From: a phage
Sequence record: PV467749.1
Direction: 5' to 3' (one strand)
DNA length: 64,000 nt
The notes beneath the pieces are model-generated. The model was given only the letters and a program-made list of their open reading frames with translations, was not told the origin of the DNA and did not search any database. Every line of letters starts with the position of its first letter. Position 1 is the first letter of the stretch. Positions 18,862 through 27,516 of the stretch are shown piece after piece. The position numbers and the translations under genes are program-made.

Positions 18862-19233
18862 TTATAACATACGTTTTTTACGAATAGTATTGTGGATATT
18901 TTTTAAGTAGTTCACACCTTTACACAACCCATAAAATACACCAGCACATACACCAAATGCAGGTATCATACATGCAAACATCGTTATCAATTCCCACATC
19001 TCCATGCCATCTTGATTCGGTCCAAGGTCAAAGATAACAACCGAAACCAAACCTGTGATACTTAGCATATAATATGCCATGAAGATAATAAAAGAAACAA
19101 TACCAACATCAGAGCGAACTGAATTTAGCATATTATATACTGGGGTTACACAGAAGTAATACAATAACCAAATCAAAGAACCTAAACTAAACACAATAAT
19201 AGTAATGATCGAAAATATTTCACGATAACTCAT
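18862..19233 (-). CDS. Small polytopic membrane protein, family A paralog 1
   Basis: 123 aa with 3-4 hydrophobic helices and a basic C-terminus (RKKRML). It is one of 7 contiguous paralogs with overlapping or abutting starts and stops. Confidence 0.7.
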   Translation of the reverse strand: MSYREIFSIITIIVFSLGSLIWLLYYFCVTPVYNMLNSVRSDVGIVSFIIFMAYYMLSITGLVSVVIFDLGPNQDGMEMWELITMFACMIPAFGVCAGVFYGLCKGVNYLKNIHNTIRKKRML

Positions 19234-19234
19234 T

Positions 19235-19597
19235 TTAGTTCCTCTTACCTAAACGCTCATGGATTTCGGAAATCTTATTATACATCCATGCCAGCAACTC
19301 AACGGATGCACAGAGAATAACCACACACAGTGTTAGTGAACATACCATAATACCAAATGTTATAAAATTCGAACTCGATGTTAATAATGCAACCAGCATT
19401 AGAATAAAACCAAAATTGAATGCTGTACTCAACACAGTATATGCTGGACTATATCTCCTTTGTATTACATCATATATATTTGATAATGGTCGCTTATGGA
19501 AGTACTTCCCAATGCACACGAATGCATTCAGTGAGAAGATAAATGTATACGCCATTACCATTAATTGACCAATAAAAGATAATTCAATATTATTCAT
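19235..19597 (-). CDS. Small polytopic membrane protein, family A paralog 2
   Basis: 120 aa with TM helices. SD GAGGA. Confidence 0.7.
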   Translation of the reverse strand: MNNIELSFIGQLMVMAYTFIFSLNAFVCIGKYFHKRPLSNIYDVIQRRYSPAYTVLSTAFNFGFILMLVALLTSSSNFITFGIMVCSLTLCVVILCASVELLAWMYNKISEIHERLGKRN

Positions 19598-19598
19598 G

Positions 19599-19970
19599 TT
19601 ATCCTCGTTTGCGGTATTTGATGCTTTGGTGCATTCTCTGAAAATGTGGAACTAATACATATTGTACGGTTTGCCAAATTACCATCAGATTATGGACAGC
19701 ACCACCGAGTAGACCAAACACTACACAGATAATTGCCAGTACTGGATCACCATCTACCATACCCCATTTGAATATATGTAAAATCCATACAGTGATAAGT
19801 AGTAATAAACTAATCCAATACGTAGTAAAAAATCCTGCATGTAATTCATAGTCATCAGCAATTTCATCGTATACGGTTTCCAAGAAGGATACACAGAAGA
19901 ACTTGCCAATAATAATAATTGTACTAATAAACAACATAGCAGTTAATATAATAAGTGCAATTTCCATCAC
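19599..19970 (-). CDS. Small polytopic membrane protein, family A paralog 3
   Basis: 123 aa with TM helices. SD GAGGGA. Confidence 0.7.
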   Translation of the reverse strand: MMEIALIILTAMLFISTIIIIGKFFCVSFLETVYDEIADDYELHAGFFTTYWISLLLLITVWILHIFKWGMVDGDPVLAIICVVFGLLGGAVHNLMVIWQTVQYVLVPHFQRMHQSIKYRKRG

Positions 19971-20281
19971 ATCCCTCGTTTACGCTTTTGATTGCGTCTA
20001 AATTCGGTTAGCCCACGACTAATCGGTGGCATCAGACTACATAAAAAAATAACAGTTGTTGGTAATAACATGAAGTCAATCATTGCTGTATTAACAGGTG
20101 GATCACATACCAAATAATACAAACAAGTAATACTAATTATGGTTGACCCAATAAAAGGAATACAAAATTCTTTTATCTGTTTTTCAACATAATCAAACAT
20201 CTTCAATACAAATAAAAATCCAACCCAACACATAATAAAATAGAATGAATAAAGCGTGTAAATCAATGTTACGATATCCAT
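19967..20281 (-). CDS. Small polytopic membrane protein, family A paralog 4
   Basis: 104 aa with TM helices. 4-nt overlap with the neighbour. Confidence 0.7.
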   Translation of the reverse strand: MDIVTLIYTLYSFYFIMCWVGFLFVLKMFDYVEKQIKEFCIPFIGSTIISITCLYYLVCDPPVNTAMIDFMLLPTTVIFLCSLMPPISRGLTEFRRNQKRKRGM

Positions 20282-20619
20282 TAGTACCTCGCATCAGGAA
20301 CTTTAGCACGTAATTTATGAACGACTGGGAACAACAACAAACTTACATATGCAATAGTTGAACCCCAATAGAATACTAATATAATTGGTTCACCATTGGA
20401 ACGGAACCCTCTACTAATCATTGAGTAGTGAATAATAGGCATGAACATCGCCATACCAAACCATGCGTGTAATTTTAATTGCAGCATGTTATCAGAGATG
20501 AATACTGAAATTGGTCGTTTGAAGAACCACATCAGAAAGTAGAATCCAGCACTAAGGATATAGTACATAGTACTAACTTTCATATACCACGGCAGTAAGT
20601 GTAAAAAATATTCCATCAT
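20281..20619 (-). CDS. Small polytopic membrane protein, family A paralog 5
   Basis: 112 aa. C-terminal ...HKLRAKVPDARY. Confidence 0.7.
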   Translation of the reverse strand: MMEYFLHLLPWYMKVSTMYYILSAGFYFLMWFFKRPISVFISDNMLQLKLHAWFGMAMFMPIIHYSMISRGFRSNGEPIILVFYWGSTIAYVSLLLFPVVHKLRAKVPDARY

Positions 20620-20963
20620 TCCTCCGGTATCTTGTTTCGAAGTTCAATCATAACACAACAAAGTTTAATGGTCAAGTAAAAAACTACACATATCATACCC
20701 AATGTACCGTAAACTGCGGAGAATGCTGGCAGTACCTTTCCTGTGAGTGTTGCTACAATACATGCTATCAATGTTGATGCAAACAACGATTGATTAATGA
20801 AAGAATTCATAAAATCTTCACCATTACGCTTATAGAATTGTCGTTTAAAATACCATCCTAGAAACATAACTACCCAAAATGTTACATAACCTGTTAGAAT
20901 AATCCCTGCAATTGAATGTGCAACAGAACTACTCTTTAAAAACTCAAGATAAGATTCAAACAT
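20616..20963 (-). CDS. Small polytopic membrane protein, family A paralog 6
   Basis: 115 aa. C-terminal ...IELRNKIPEE. Confidence 0.7.
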   Translation of the reverse strand: MFESYLEFLKSSSVAHSIAGIILTGYVTFWVVMFLGWYFKRQFYKRNGEDFMNSFINQSLFASTLIACIVATLTGKVLPAFSAVYGTLGMICVVFYLTIKLCCVMIELRNKIPEE

Positions 20964-21301
20964 TAGAAGTCCCCACGAATTTTTGCTCTACCATTAATGA
21001 TGAGATTAAACAAGTATATCAGCACCCAAATTAGTAATCCAAGGAATACAATATATTGTGATATTGAGTTCAACTGTGGATTAGCACAATAAATTAAGTG
21101 TGCGATAAGACCAACAATTGCAAACATACCTTGGATAATAGTGAAAAGAAGTAGTGAAATGTTTCCATCTGGATACAGTTTGAAAACGATTTTCTTTTTA
21201 AAATACCATAGTACTACAACTAGTGCATGATAAAAGAAAAAACCAAACAGATAAATCAAAGTAATACTAAGCATTGTATCTGAATTAAAAAACTCAAGCA
21301 T
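20963..21301 (-). CDS. Small polytopic membrane protein, family A paralog 7
   Basis: 112 aa with TM helices. C-terminal ...GRAKIRGDF. Confidence 0.7.
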   Translation of the reverse strand: MLEFFNSDTMLSITLIYLFGFFFYHALVVVLWYFKKKIVFKLYPDGNISLLLFTIIQGMFAIVGLIAHLIYCANPQLNSISQYIVFLGLLIWVLIYLFNLIINGRAKIRGDF

Positions 21302-21368
21302 ATCGTATCTCCGGTGGTGAATATTAAGTTATAGTACTACACTATGGTAGTACTGTCAATACATGTAA

Positions 21369-22142
21369 TTAAATTTTCTCAAGGAACATGTTTTCTGCCA
21401 TTGACTCCCAATCATATGGAAATTTATTATACAGACCAGCGATCAGTACTGGCATACGCAGAGAAGGTGAACGCAGCTTTTCTTCGTTGTTCAGCATCCA
21501 GTTTAAGATAGCTTTACAACCATTTTTATTAACCCCATTGTTCTCAAGAATATTAGTCTTGTTCATGATGTTCTCAATGTGAATCATAACTTCTTCGTTA
21601 GTGAACAGTTGAAGATCAACAAAGATACTACGAGTAATCAGTGCATCAATGTGTGGTGCTAAACTGCTTTTACCTTTAGCAATCTGTGACAGGTTTTTGT
21701 TCGTCAGGAAGATTACCTTCCCACGGAATTCAAACTGCTTAGGAATACCCTGCTGTTCCAGGTACTTCCCAGAAGTTGCATAAGATACAACCCGCTTCTC
21801 TGAAGTATCCAGTACTGCTTTGAGCAAGTCAATGTTGGTTTCATCGCTGAAGATATCAACGTCATCAAGTAACAGTACTGAAGCGGCATGACGTGAACGA
21901 TACAGTGCTTCGTACAAACCCATAGTGGTTACTTTACCGCTGATCTTTTTGTAGTCGATTTCAAAGTTATCATCAGCTTTCTGTAAACGCTGGTCAACGT
22001 TGTAAGTTTTACCAACACCACCTTTACCAGATACAATCAGGGAATTGATTGAATTAGCTTGGGTATCAAGTAAACATTCCAAAGCTGCCATCATGCTGTT
22101 GAAGTTCTTTTCGATTTGGATTGCTTTCTCTGTACGGGTCAT
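21369..22142 (-). CDS. P-loop NTPase (Walker A SGKGGVGKT, Walker B VLLLDDVD)
   Basis: 257-aa ORF. Deviant Walker A KGGxGKT as in ParA/MinD-type ATPases. A hhhhDD Walker B is present. SD GAGAGGA. It is preceded by the promoter/terminator module at 22150-22205. Confidence 0.75.
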   Translation of the reverse strand: MTRTEKAIQIEKNFNSMMAALECLLDTQANSINSLIVSGKGGVGKTYNVDQRLQKADDNFEIDYKKISGKVTTMGLYEALYRSRHAASVLLLDDVDIFSDETNIDLLKAVLDTSEKRVVSYATSGKYLEQQGIPKQFEFRGKVIFLTNKNLSQIAKGKSSLAPHIDALITRSIFVDLQLFTNEEVMIHIENIMNKTNILENNGVNKNGCKAILNWMLNNEEKLRSPSLRMPVLIAGLYNKFPYDWESMAENMFLEKI

Positions 22143-22184
22143 GTATTCATCCTCTCGTCTTGATGAAATAATTATAGCAAAAAG

Positions 22185-22204
22185 GGCTGACCGAAGTCAA
22201 CCCT
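22185..22204 (-). terminator. UUCG-tetraloop hairpin terminator (GGGUUGACUUCGGUCAGCCC on minus strand) fused to extended -10 promoter (attata at 22172-22177 = TATAAT on minus)
   Basis: gggctgaccgaagtcaaccc is flanked by A5 and T6. The minus-strand reading GGGTTGACTtcggtcagccctttttGCTATAAT gives TTGACT-18-TGcTATAAT. Confidence 0.75.
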
Positions 22205-22610
22205 TTTTTCTTTCAATCAAACATAGTCTACCAGAATGTACCATGCGATGGTGATTAGAACAAAGAATCATACACTTTCGAATTTCATCTTTGATAGCAT
22301 CTCGACTTTTACTGAACATAGAACTTGGTGTATGTTCTTTGGTATTAGGGTCAAGATGGTGAAAGTCTAAACATTCTGGATACTTCATCATACAAACACT
22401 ACAACCATAAAATGATTTAACTCTGGTCATGAAATCTTTATTTTTTCTTTTGATTTCTTCAAGTTTTTTGACATCAGTTTTTTTATTTCTGGTTTTCTTA
22501 CTGGTAATATTACTACAACCTTTGCATGTATTTCTATGTTTCCCAGTATCACTTCTTATACCAAATTCACTAATGTCTTTTTCAATATTACACGTGATAC
22601 ACTTCTTCAT
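22197..22610 (-). CDS. HNH endonuclease
   Basis: 137 aa with Cys clusters (CITCN, CKGC, CSVC) and the HNH motif HHLDPNTKEH...CSNHHRMVH. Confidence 0.75.
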   Translation of the reverse strand: MKKCITCNIEKDISEFGIRSDTGKHRNTCKGCSNITSKKTRNKKTDVKKLEEIKRKNKDFMTRVKSFYGCSVCMMKYPECLDFHHLDPNTKEHTPSSMFSKSRDAIKDEIRKCMILCSNHHRMVHSGRLCLIERKKG

Positions 22611-22912
22611 TGTTTAATCCATTTATTCAACAATGCACCCAACTTCACAATCTCATACCCATCCAGATAGCCATAGGAACACTCAGGTGTTTCATAAGTT
22701 GAACCATCATGGATACCTTGGCATTGGCTTTTGGAACGTTCAAGCAATCGTTGCAGTACTGATACGTCATCAAGAACGTAATACAAGTTAGCATATGGGT
22801 CCGTCACAATACAGTACTTAAACATACCAAATGTATCAATCGATTTTTCAACCTTAGCAAATTGTTTCTTTTCTTTATTATACAGTGCGTACATATTAAT
22901 CTCCACAATCAA
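22607..22912 (-). CDS. Hypothetical protein
   Basis: 101-aa ORF in the colinear minus-strand block. 4-nt overlap with the downstream gene. Confidence 0.55.
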   Translation of the reverse strand: MIVEINMYALYNKEKKQFAKVEKSIDTFGMFKYCIVTDPYANLYYVLDDVSVLQRLLERSKSQCQGIHDGSTYETPECSYGYLDGYEIVKLGALLNKWIKQ

Positions 22913-23267
22913 GTTTAACTAACTTACCACCCAGATACCCAAAGTTTTCTGGCTTCGCATCTGAATAGAAGAAGTCAGTACTCAACTCTGAATCCAATGC
23001 TAAAGCACACAACTCCACCCAAAATAAACCCCTATGTTGTACTGGCTTACAACGTTTCTGTACAGTTACTAGTCCAGTACATGATGACCACAACGTAGGG
23101 CAGATACCACTATCACTACGCTTGGAGTACTGCATCCAAGAACGTTCATTGAGGTTAGCTATCATCCCTGTTAAGAATAGCTTCCAACTTTTAAAGGTTG
23201 GAATCTTGATAGCATATTCCCCAATGAGTATGACAGTTCGGGTTGCACCTTTCAAATCTATATTCAT
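22896..23267 (-). CDS. Hypothetical protein
   Basis: 123-aa ORF in the colinear minus-strand block. Confidence 0.55.
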   Translation of the reverse strand: MNIDLKGATRTVILIGEYAIKIPTFKSWKLFLTGMIANLNERSWMQYSKRSDSGICPTLWSSCTGLVTVQKRCKPVQHRGLFWVELCALALDSELSTDFFYSDAKPENFGYLGGKLVKLDCGD

Positions 23268-23276
23268 ATTTTTTAA

Positions 23277-23528
23277 TTAGAAGAACACAAACCAAGTCCA
23301 GAATAAATTCCACACTACAAATAAAGACATAGTGGTTTTATGTACAATATCAGCAGTACTGGTCCATCCTCCACCGTGTCCTATTCCATTTATGAATAGA
23401 ACTAAGAACAAGATACCATTTACTACAATAGTACATAGTAAGTACACAAACACATTCCATGCAAGTTCAGGGGATACTAACGTAAATGGTAAAACAATTA
23501 GTAGTATTAGAACTAATAAAATTTTCAT
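23277..23528 (-). CDS. Small membrane protein
   Basis: 83 aa with two long hydrophobic segments. Confidence 0.55.
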   Translation of the reverse strand: MKILLVLILLIVLPFTLVSPELAWNVFVYLLCTIVVNGILFLVLFINGIGHGGGWTSTADIVHKTTMSLFVVWNLFWTWFVFF

Positions 23529-23556
23529 TTATCGCCTCACTTAATTAACGTGACAA

Positions 23557-23733
23557 TTAGTACGAATCAGATTCCCAGTACTCGATTGCTTCTTTCAGCA
23601 ATTCTTTAGCACGTTGTTTTGCAATGCGAGCGGGTAACAGATATGTGTACATTAACTGACGCTTCACTTCATTCAGTGAAAGCTGTTCATGGTACAGTGC
23701 ATCCATCAGTCGATTACGAGTACGTAGTTTCAT
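23557..23733 (-). CDS. Hypothetical small protein (58 aa, below ORF-track cutoff)
   Basis: Manual translation reads MKLRTRNRLMDALYHEQLSLNEVKRQLMYTYLLPARIAKQRAKELLKEAIEYWESDSY. It fills the gap between neighbours. Confidence 0.45.
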   Translation of the reverse strand: MKLRTRNRLMDALYHEQLSLNEVKRQLMYTYLLPARIAKQRAKELLKEAIEYWESDSY

Positions 23734-23744
23734 ATAAGTTATCC

Positions 23745-24347
23745 TTATTTCAAAGAATCATAGTAAGCAGTGTCAAAGATTGGAGTCATAATAACATAGT
23801 CAATACGGTCAATGTAAGTTGAACTCCACATTTCTGGTTTGTCATAAAATTGACGCTCGCGTTCATTCATACGAGTCAGTACTTCTTCCAATTTACTACG
23901 TGAAGCCATCAATGTATTACGCGATCCATAAGTGAAGTACTCAGTCCATTGATATTCATATTCAGTACTGATAGATTGAATAGTACCATCTTTGAAATGA
24001 GCTAAGGCATATCCTTTCTCTACAAAGTTATCAGGTGGAAGAACACTATCTGGATTAGTTTTCAATGCTTTGGTTAACTTTTCTTTAATTTCAGTTAACG
24101 TGCATACTGAACGAATGTTCTTCAGGTTTGATACTTGAAAATCACTGTACTTTCCAAAGAAAAATACACGCCAATCTTTAGGTTCATTATCAGATACGGT
24201 AATATTCGGATGATGGGCGAGTAAACGAAGAAGGCCAGCTTTGTGACCGTTAATGTAGATCTCATGGATGTGGTTAGCAGTTTTCTTAAAAGTAATCATG
24301 ACAATTCCTCGATTGTGGGATGAGAAGTTCATCCCCTTGATAAACAT
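23745..24347 (-). CDS. Hypothetical protein
   Basis: 200-aa ORF with no recognisable motif. Confidence 0.6.
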   Translation of the reverse strand: MFIKGMNFSSHNRGIVMITFKKTANHIHEIYINGHKAGLLRLLAHHPNITVSDNEPKDWRVFFFGKYSDFQVSNLKNIRSVCTLTEIKEKLTKALKTNPDSVLPPDNFVEKGYALAHFKDGTIQSISTEYEYQWTEYFTYGSRNTLMASRSKLEEVLTRMNERERQFYDKPEMWSSTYIDRIDYVIMTPIFDTAYYDSLK

Positions 24348-24374
24348 TATACAGTACTGAATGAGTTTGTCAAC

Positions 24375-24755
24375 TCAAAATAAATTCATTTCATGTGCGT
24401 ATTGTGGTTCAAGATGCGATAAGTTTTTGAAGCTTTCTTTCAACTCAGCATCATCTACATACACCGTGCCTGGTACATTCCCCATAGTGAAACCTACCCA
24501 CACAGTCATGTCACCAGTCCCTAAGCGTGGCATTGATAGCGAACCATCAGGTGAAACATCAAACGCTACACTGAAGTCATCAGTAACAACGTCAGAACCA
24601 TTTTCGAGAATAATACATCCACTATCTTTAAGCTTCTGAATGTGGATAGCAGCCTCTACAGCACGTTTGAAGTTATAGTAAGACTCTTTATCCTCAAACA
24701 TTGATTGTTTAATCAGACGCTTGTTTAGCTCGGTTACTTTGTGCATTTGACGCAT
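24375..24755 (-). CDS. Hypothetical protein
   Basis: 126-aa ORF. Confidence 0.55.
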   Translation of the reverse strand: MRQMHKVTELNKRLIKQSMFEDKESYYNFKRAVEAAIHIQKLKDSGCIILENGSDVVTDDFSVAFDVSPDGSLSMPRLGTGDMTVWVGFTMGNVPGTVYVDDAELKESFKNLSHLEPQYAHEMNLF

Positions 24756-25012
24756 TACTTATCCATCTCCCACAGTTGTAGAATTTCATAAGAGCCTGGT
24801 GGTGCTGGATTCCTGATCTCAGGGAATTGAGTACTTTTAGGATTTCCACCAGCATTAAATTCGTCAAGTAATGATTCCAGTTCGCGACGATCCTGAACAA
24901 CATAAACACAATCACCTGAACCTTCTTCGAGAATCATTTCACTTCCTGCACAATCCCATACTGTTGAGATACATAGAATCTCTTTTGTATTTTTATTACG
25001 CAATGCAAACAT
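24755..25012 (-). CDS. Hypothetical protein
   Basis: 85-aa ORF abutting the upstream gene. Confidence 0.5.
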   Translation of the reverse strand: MFALRNKNTKEILCISTVWDCAGSEMILEEGSGDCVYVVQDRRELESLLDEFNAGGNPKSTQFPEIRNPAPPGSYEILQLWEMDK

Positions 25013-25020
25013 AGCACCCC

Positions 25021-25389
25021 CTATCGATTTGGCATTTTATCTCGTAATCTAATGAGATAATCAACCACAGACCATGTTGAAATGAAAGTGATATAAGTAC
25101 CGAAGAATCCTACCAGAATAAAGGCAACAAGTGTACTCCCATTTGGATCTTCAGCTTTAATACCGATGATACCATCAAATACAGTGAAAAATGTAGACAT
25201 ACACGTTAAACAGATGTACATCACCAATAAGAATTCATGTTTCAATGATGGATATAAACGGTCAAAGAGTTTATAAAATTTAAAGTACAGTAGGAGTATA
25301 CCAACAAAGACATAGAAAGTAAACAGTGTTGTTATGATATATGATATTAAATTTAAATTATACATCTCAACGCTCCGGTAGATTATCAC
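25021..25389 (-). CDS. Small polytopic membrane protein, family A paralog 8
   Basis: 122 aa with TM helices. C-terminal ...LIRLRDKMPNR. Confidence 0.7.
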   Translation of the reverse strand: MIIYRSVEMYNLNLISYIITTLFTFYVFVGILLLYFKFYKLFDRLYPSLKHEFLLVMYICLTCMSTFFTVFDGIIGIKAEDPNGSTLVAFILVGFFGTYITFISTWSVVDYLIRLRDKMPNR

Positions 25390-25714
25390 GTAATGTTTTG
25401 ATTCGATTATACAATTTCATTGCTACATTTCCAAATAAACCAAAACCCATTACTAAAATGTATGCGATGATCATAGTAATAATTACAATAGTACCTAGAC
25501 TGTAATGTACTGCACTGATACCCATTATTGTTTCTACAATGATGTGAGCAACAGAAATAATCAAAAGTACTACTACAATTGGATGATTTGGATACATTCG
25601 GTTAAACAATGTTTTGTACTTAAAGAAGTACAGTACTCCACCAAATAAGAAGTACACAATGTAGATTGATGCAACTGCATAAGCAAACGCATTAGTGTAA
25701 AAAATCATTATCAA
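25367..25714 (-). CDS. Small polytopic membrane protein, family A paralog 9
   Basis: 115 aa. C-terminal ...IKTLRDNLPER. Confidence 0.7.
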   Translation of the reverse strand: MIMIFYTNAFAYAVASIYIVYFLFGGVLYFFKYKTLFNRMYPNHPIVVVLLIISVAHIIVETIMGISAVHYSLGTIVIITMIIAYILVMGFGLFGNVAMKLYNRIKTLRDNLPER

Positions 25715-25717
25715 TCC

Positions 25718-26056
25718 TTACTTTTCAGGGATTTTATTACGCCACTCATCGATGCGATGAAGCAGTTTAAAGAGCAAAAATATCGGAACAGTAGCTATCA
25801 TAGTAGCAATTGTTAGTAATGTCAACACCGATACGAGATTTAATTCGTCAGTACTATATCCACATACCAGTGCTTCAATTATCCCCCACGTACATACACT
25901 GAACATCAAAAATGAAATTGGTGCATCGTAGTATATGCGTTGATACAAGGTCGTGTATCGGAAGAATGCAATAATGTAACAAAACATGTAATACACCCAA
26001 ATTAACGATACTACATAAAATGATACCTTATTAATTAATTCAAAATGATGTTCCAT
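25718..26056 (-). CDS. Small polytopic membrane protein, family A paralog 10
   Basis: 112 aa. C-terminal ...IDEWRNKIPEK. Confidence 0.7.
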   Translation of the reverse strand: MEHHFELINKVSFYVVSLIWVYYMFCYIIAFFRYTTLYQRIYYDAPISFLMFSVCTWGIIEALVCGYSTDELNLVSVLTLLTIATMIATVPIFLLFKLLHRIDEWRNKIPEK

Positions 26057-26065
26057 TTTTACCCC

Positions 26066-26368
26066 CTACATATATTCTAAGAATAATGTATTAGCTTCGT
26101 CTATGTTCTTAAGATAATACATGTAATACAGATTTGGTTGTCCGTCTTTTGAACTCAAATCAAAGTACTTTAAACTATGCACCTTCATGACAAAAACAAA
26201 TAATGACTTAAAACCAATCTCACCGTACTTAATAAACAGTTCATCTAAATGAATGTAACTCTTAGTTTCAGATAATTCCTTCACATCATCTTCAATTTCT
26301 TGTAAGCGAAGTTTACCGATTAAGTTTTCAAATGAACGCATGATGTTGTTCCTTATGCTGGTACACAA
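26066..26368 (-). CDS. Hypothetical protein
   Basis: 100-aa ORF. Confidence 0.5.
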   Translation of the reverse strand: MCTSIRNNIMRSFENLIGKLRLQEIEDDVKELSETKSYIHLDELFIKYGEIGFKSLFVFVMKVHSLKYFDLSSKDGQPNLYYMYYLKNIDEANTLFLEYM

Positions 26369-26766
26369 TTTTTTATAATGAATACACGTTTCATGAATGA
26401 ACTTTCATATACGTACTTCAGTTTACCATTTTCACGCATACGATGAAACACATCTTTACCGCTAGTACTCCATGTTGAACCAGTCTCTGCATCAACATTG
26501 TTCATTACACCAGATGTTACATTCACCCCGTACTTGAAGCTAAAGGTACTACCTTCTTCTACTAGAGGGATTGGTGTACTACGTTCATGTTCCAGTACAA
26601 GTTTACTGCCGATGATGTTGTACGAAGTTAGCTTGCATTTTAAAACACCCATCTCTTGTGCAGTTGGGTAATTCTTCTCAAATAAATCAGATACTTCATT
26701 TGCATAACAAACTGAACTAATCATAAGAAGTAATGAACTGATAGAACGGAAAATAACTTTTAACAT
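26353..26766 (-). CDS. Secreted protein (N-terminal signal peptide)
   Basis: 137 aa. N-terminus MLKVIFRSISSLLLMISSVCYA/NEV is signal-peptide-like. Confidence 0.6.
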   Translation of the reverse strand: MLKVIFRSISSLLLMISSVCYANEVSDLFEKNYPTAQEMGVLKCKLTSYNIIGSKLVLEHERSTPIPLVEEGSTFSFKYGVNVTSGVMNNVDAETGSTWSTSGKDVFHRMRENGKLKYVYESSFMKRVFIIKNCVPA

Positions 26767-26805
26767 GTTTGCCTCCAGTAGTTGATGAAATGATTATAGC
26801 AAAAA

Positions 26806-26825
26806 GGGCCGACCGAAGTCAACCC
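26806..26825 (-). terminator. UUCG-hairpin terminator/promoter module (copy 2)
   Basis: gttgatgaaatgattatagcaaaaagggccgaccgaagtcaaccc tttt. It is near-identical to the element at 22160-22205. Confidence 0.75.
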
Positions 26826-26832
26826 TTTTCTT

Positions 26833-27207
26833 TTATATTTTACATGTCATGTCTGGTTTTGGCTTTTCATTCTTTGGCTTTTCAAATGGATTTGGCTTAG
26901 GGGACTTTTTATCTTTGTCATCTTTAGCTTTCTTTTTGTTTTCTTTTTTATCCGATTTGTCAGCTTTGTCTTTCTTATCTTTTGAATCTTTGTCAGCTTT
27001 AGATTGTGGTTCCTCACATACAGCAGTTTTTGGCTCCGGCATATCACATGAGTTATCCACTGGTTTAATGAACTCTTTACAGTTGTAGAAGTATAAACTT
27101 TCATTGGTAGTAAGATTGTGGAATCTAAAGGTATTTTCACCATTAGTATATACTTTCTTAGTACTCTCAATATCATTACACATTGCAACTGTGTCACCGG
27201 AATTCAT
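26833..27207 (-). CDS. Hypothetical protein with Lys/Asp-rich low-complexity C-terminus
   Basis: 124 aa. C-terminal KADKDSKDKKDKADKSDKKENKKKAKDDKDKK. Confidence 0.55.
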   Translation of the reverse strand: MNSGDTVAMCNDIESTKKVYTNGENTFRFHNLTTNESLYFYNCKEFIKPVDNSCDMPEPKTAVCEEPQSKADKDSKDKKDKADKSDKKENKKKAKDDKDKKSPKPNPFEKPKNEKPKPDMTCKI

Positions 27208-27445
27208 GCTCGATACCTATTACATCCGACTTACGTTCAGATAGTATTCCAGACGTATATCGATCTTTGTTATCAAATGCATTGAACCCTATAGTTTTAT
27301 TATTGTCATGTACCAATCCTCTAGTGTAAGACTTGGTATAGAACTCACCGTTTCTAAACTCCTGTCTAGCAATGGAGCACTGGTATTCAGTACTATAAAC
27401 TATATCAGTAAACAATACAAGTGAAAATAAAACATATTTAAACAT
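27194..27445 (-). CDS. Small secreted protein
   Basis: 83 aa with N-terminal hydrophobic signal MFKYVLFSLVLFTDIVYS. Confidence 0.55.
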   Translation of the reverse strand: MFKYVLFSLVLFTDIVYSTEYQCSIARQEFRNGEFYTKSYTRGLVHDNNKTIGFNAFDNKDRYTSGILSERKSDVIGIEHEFR

Positions 27446-27487
27446 TGCATTACCTCTTATAAAACCCTCTACAATATTTACAAAAAA

Positions 27488-27507
27488 AGGTTGACCGAAG
27501 TCAACCT
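27488..27507. terminator. Perfect palindromic hairpin terminator AGGTTGACCGAAGTCAACCT (copy 3, bidirectional)
   Basis: Perfect 8-bp stem with a CGAA/UUCG loop, flanked by A7 and T4. Confidence 0.75.
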
Positions 27508-27516
27508 TTTAAATGT

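Noticed and set aside
21369-22142. Calling the P-loop protein a ParA/MinD partition ATPase
   Set aside because: Only the deviant Walker A (KGGxGKT) and a Walker B are recognisable. The rest shows no ParA-specific motifs that I can verify by eye. I kept it as a generic P-loop NTPase.
26849-27088. Plus-strand ORF (79 aa, MSGFGFSFFGFSNGFG...) antisense to the Lys-rich gene
   Set aside because: It is a low-complexity mirror image of the KD-rich minus-strand ORF with no SD, so it is spurious.
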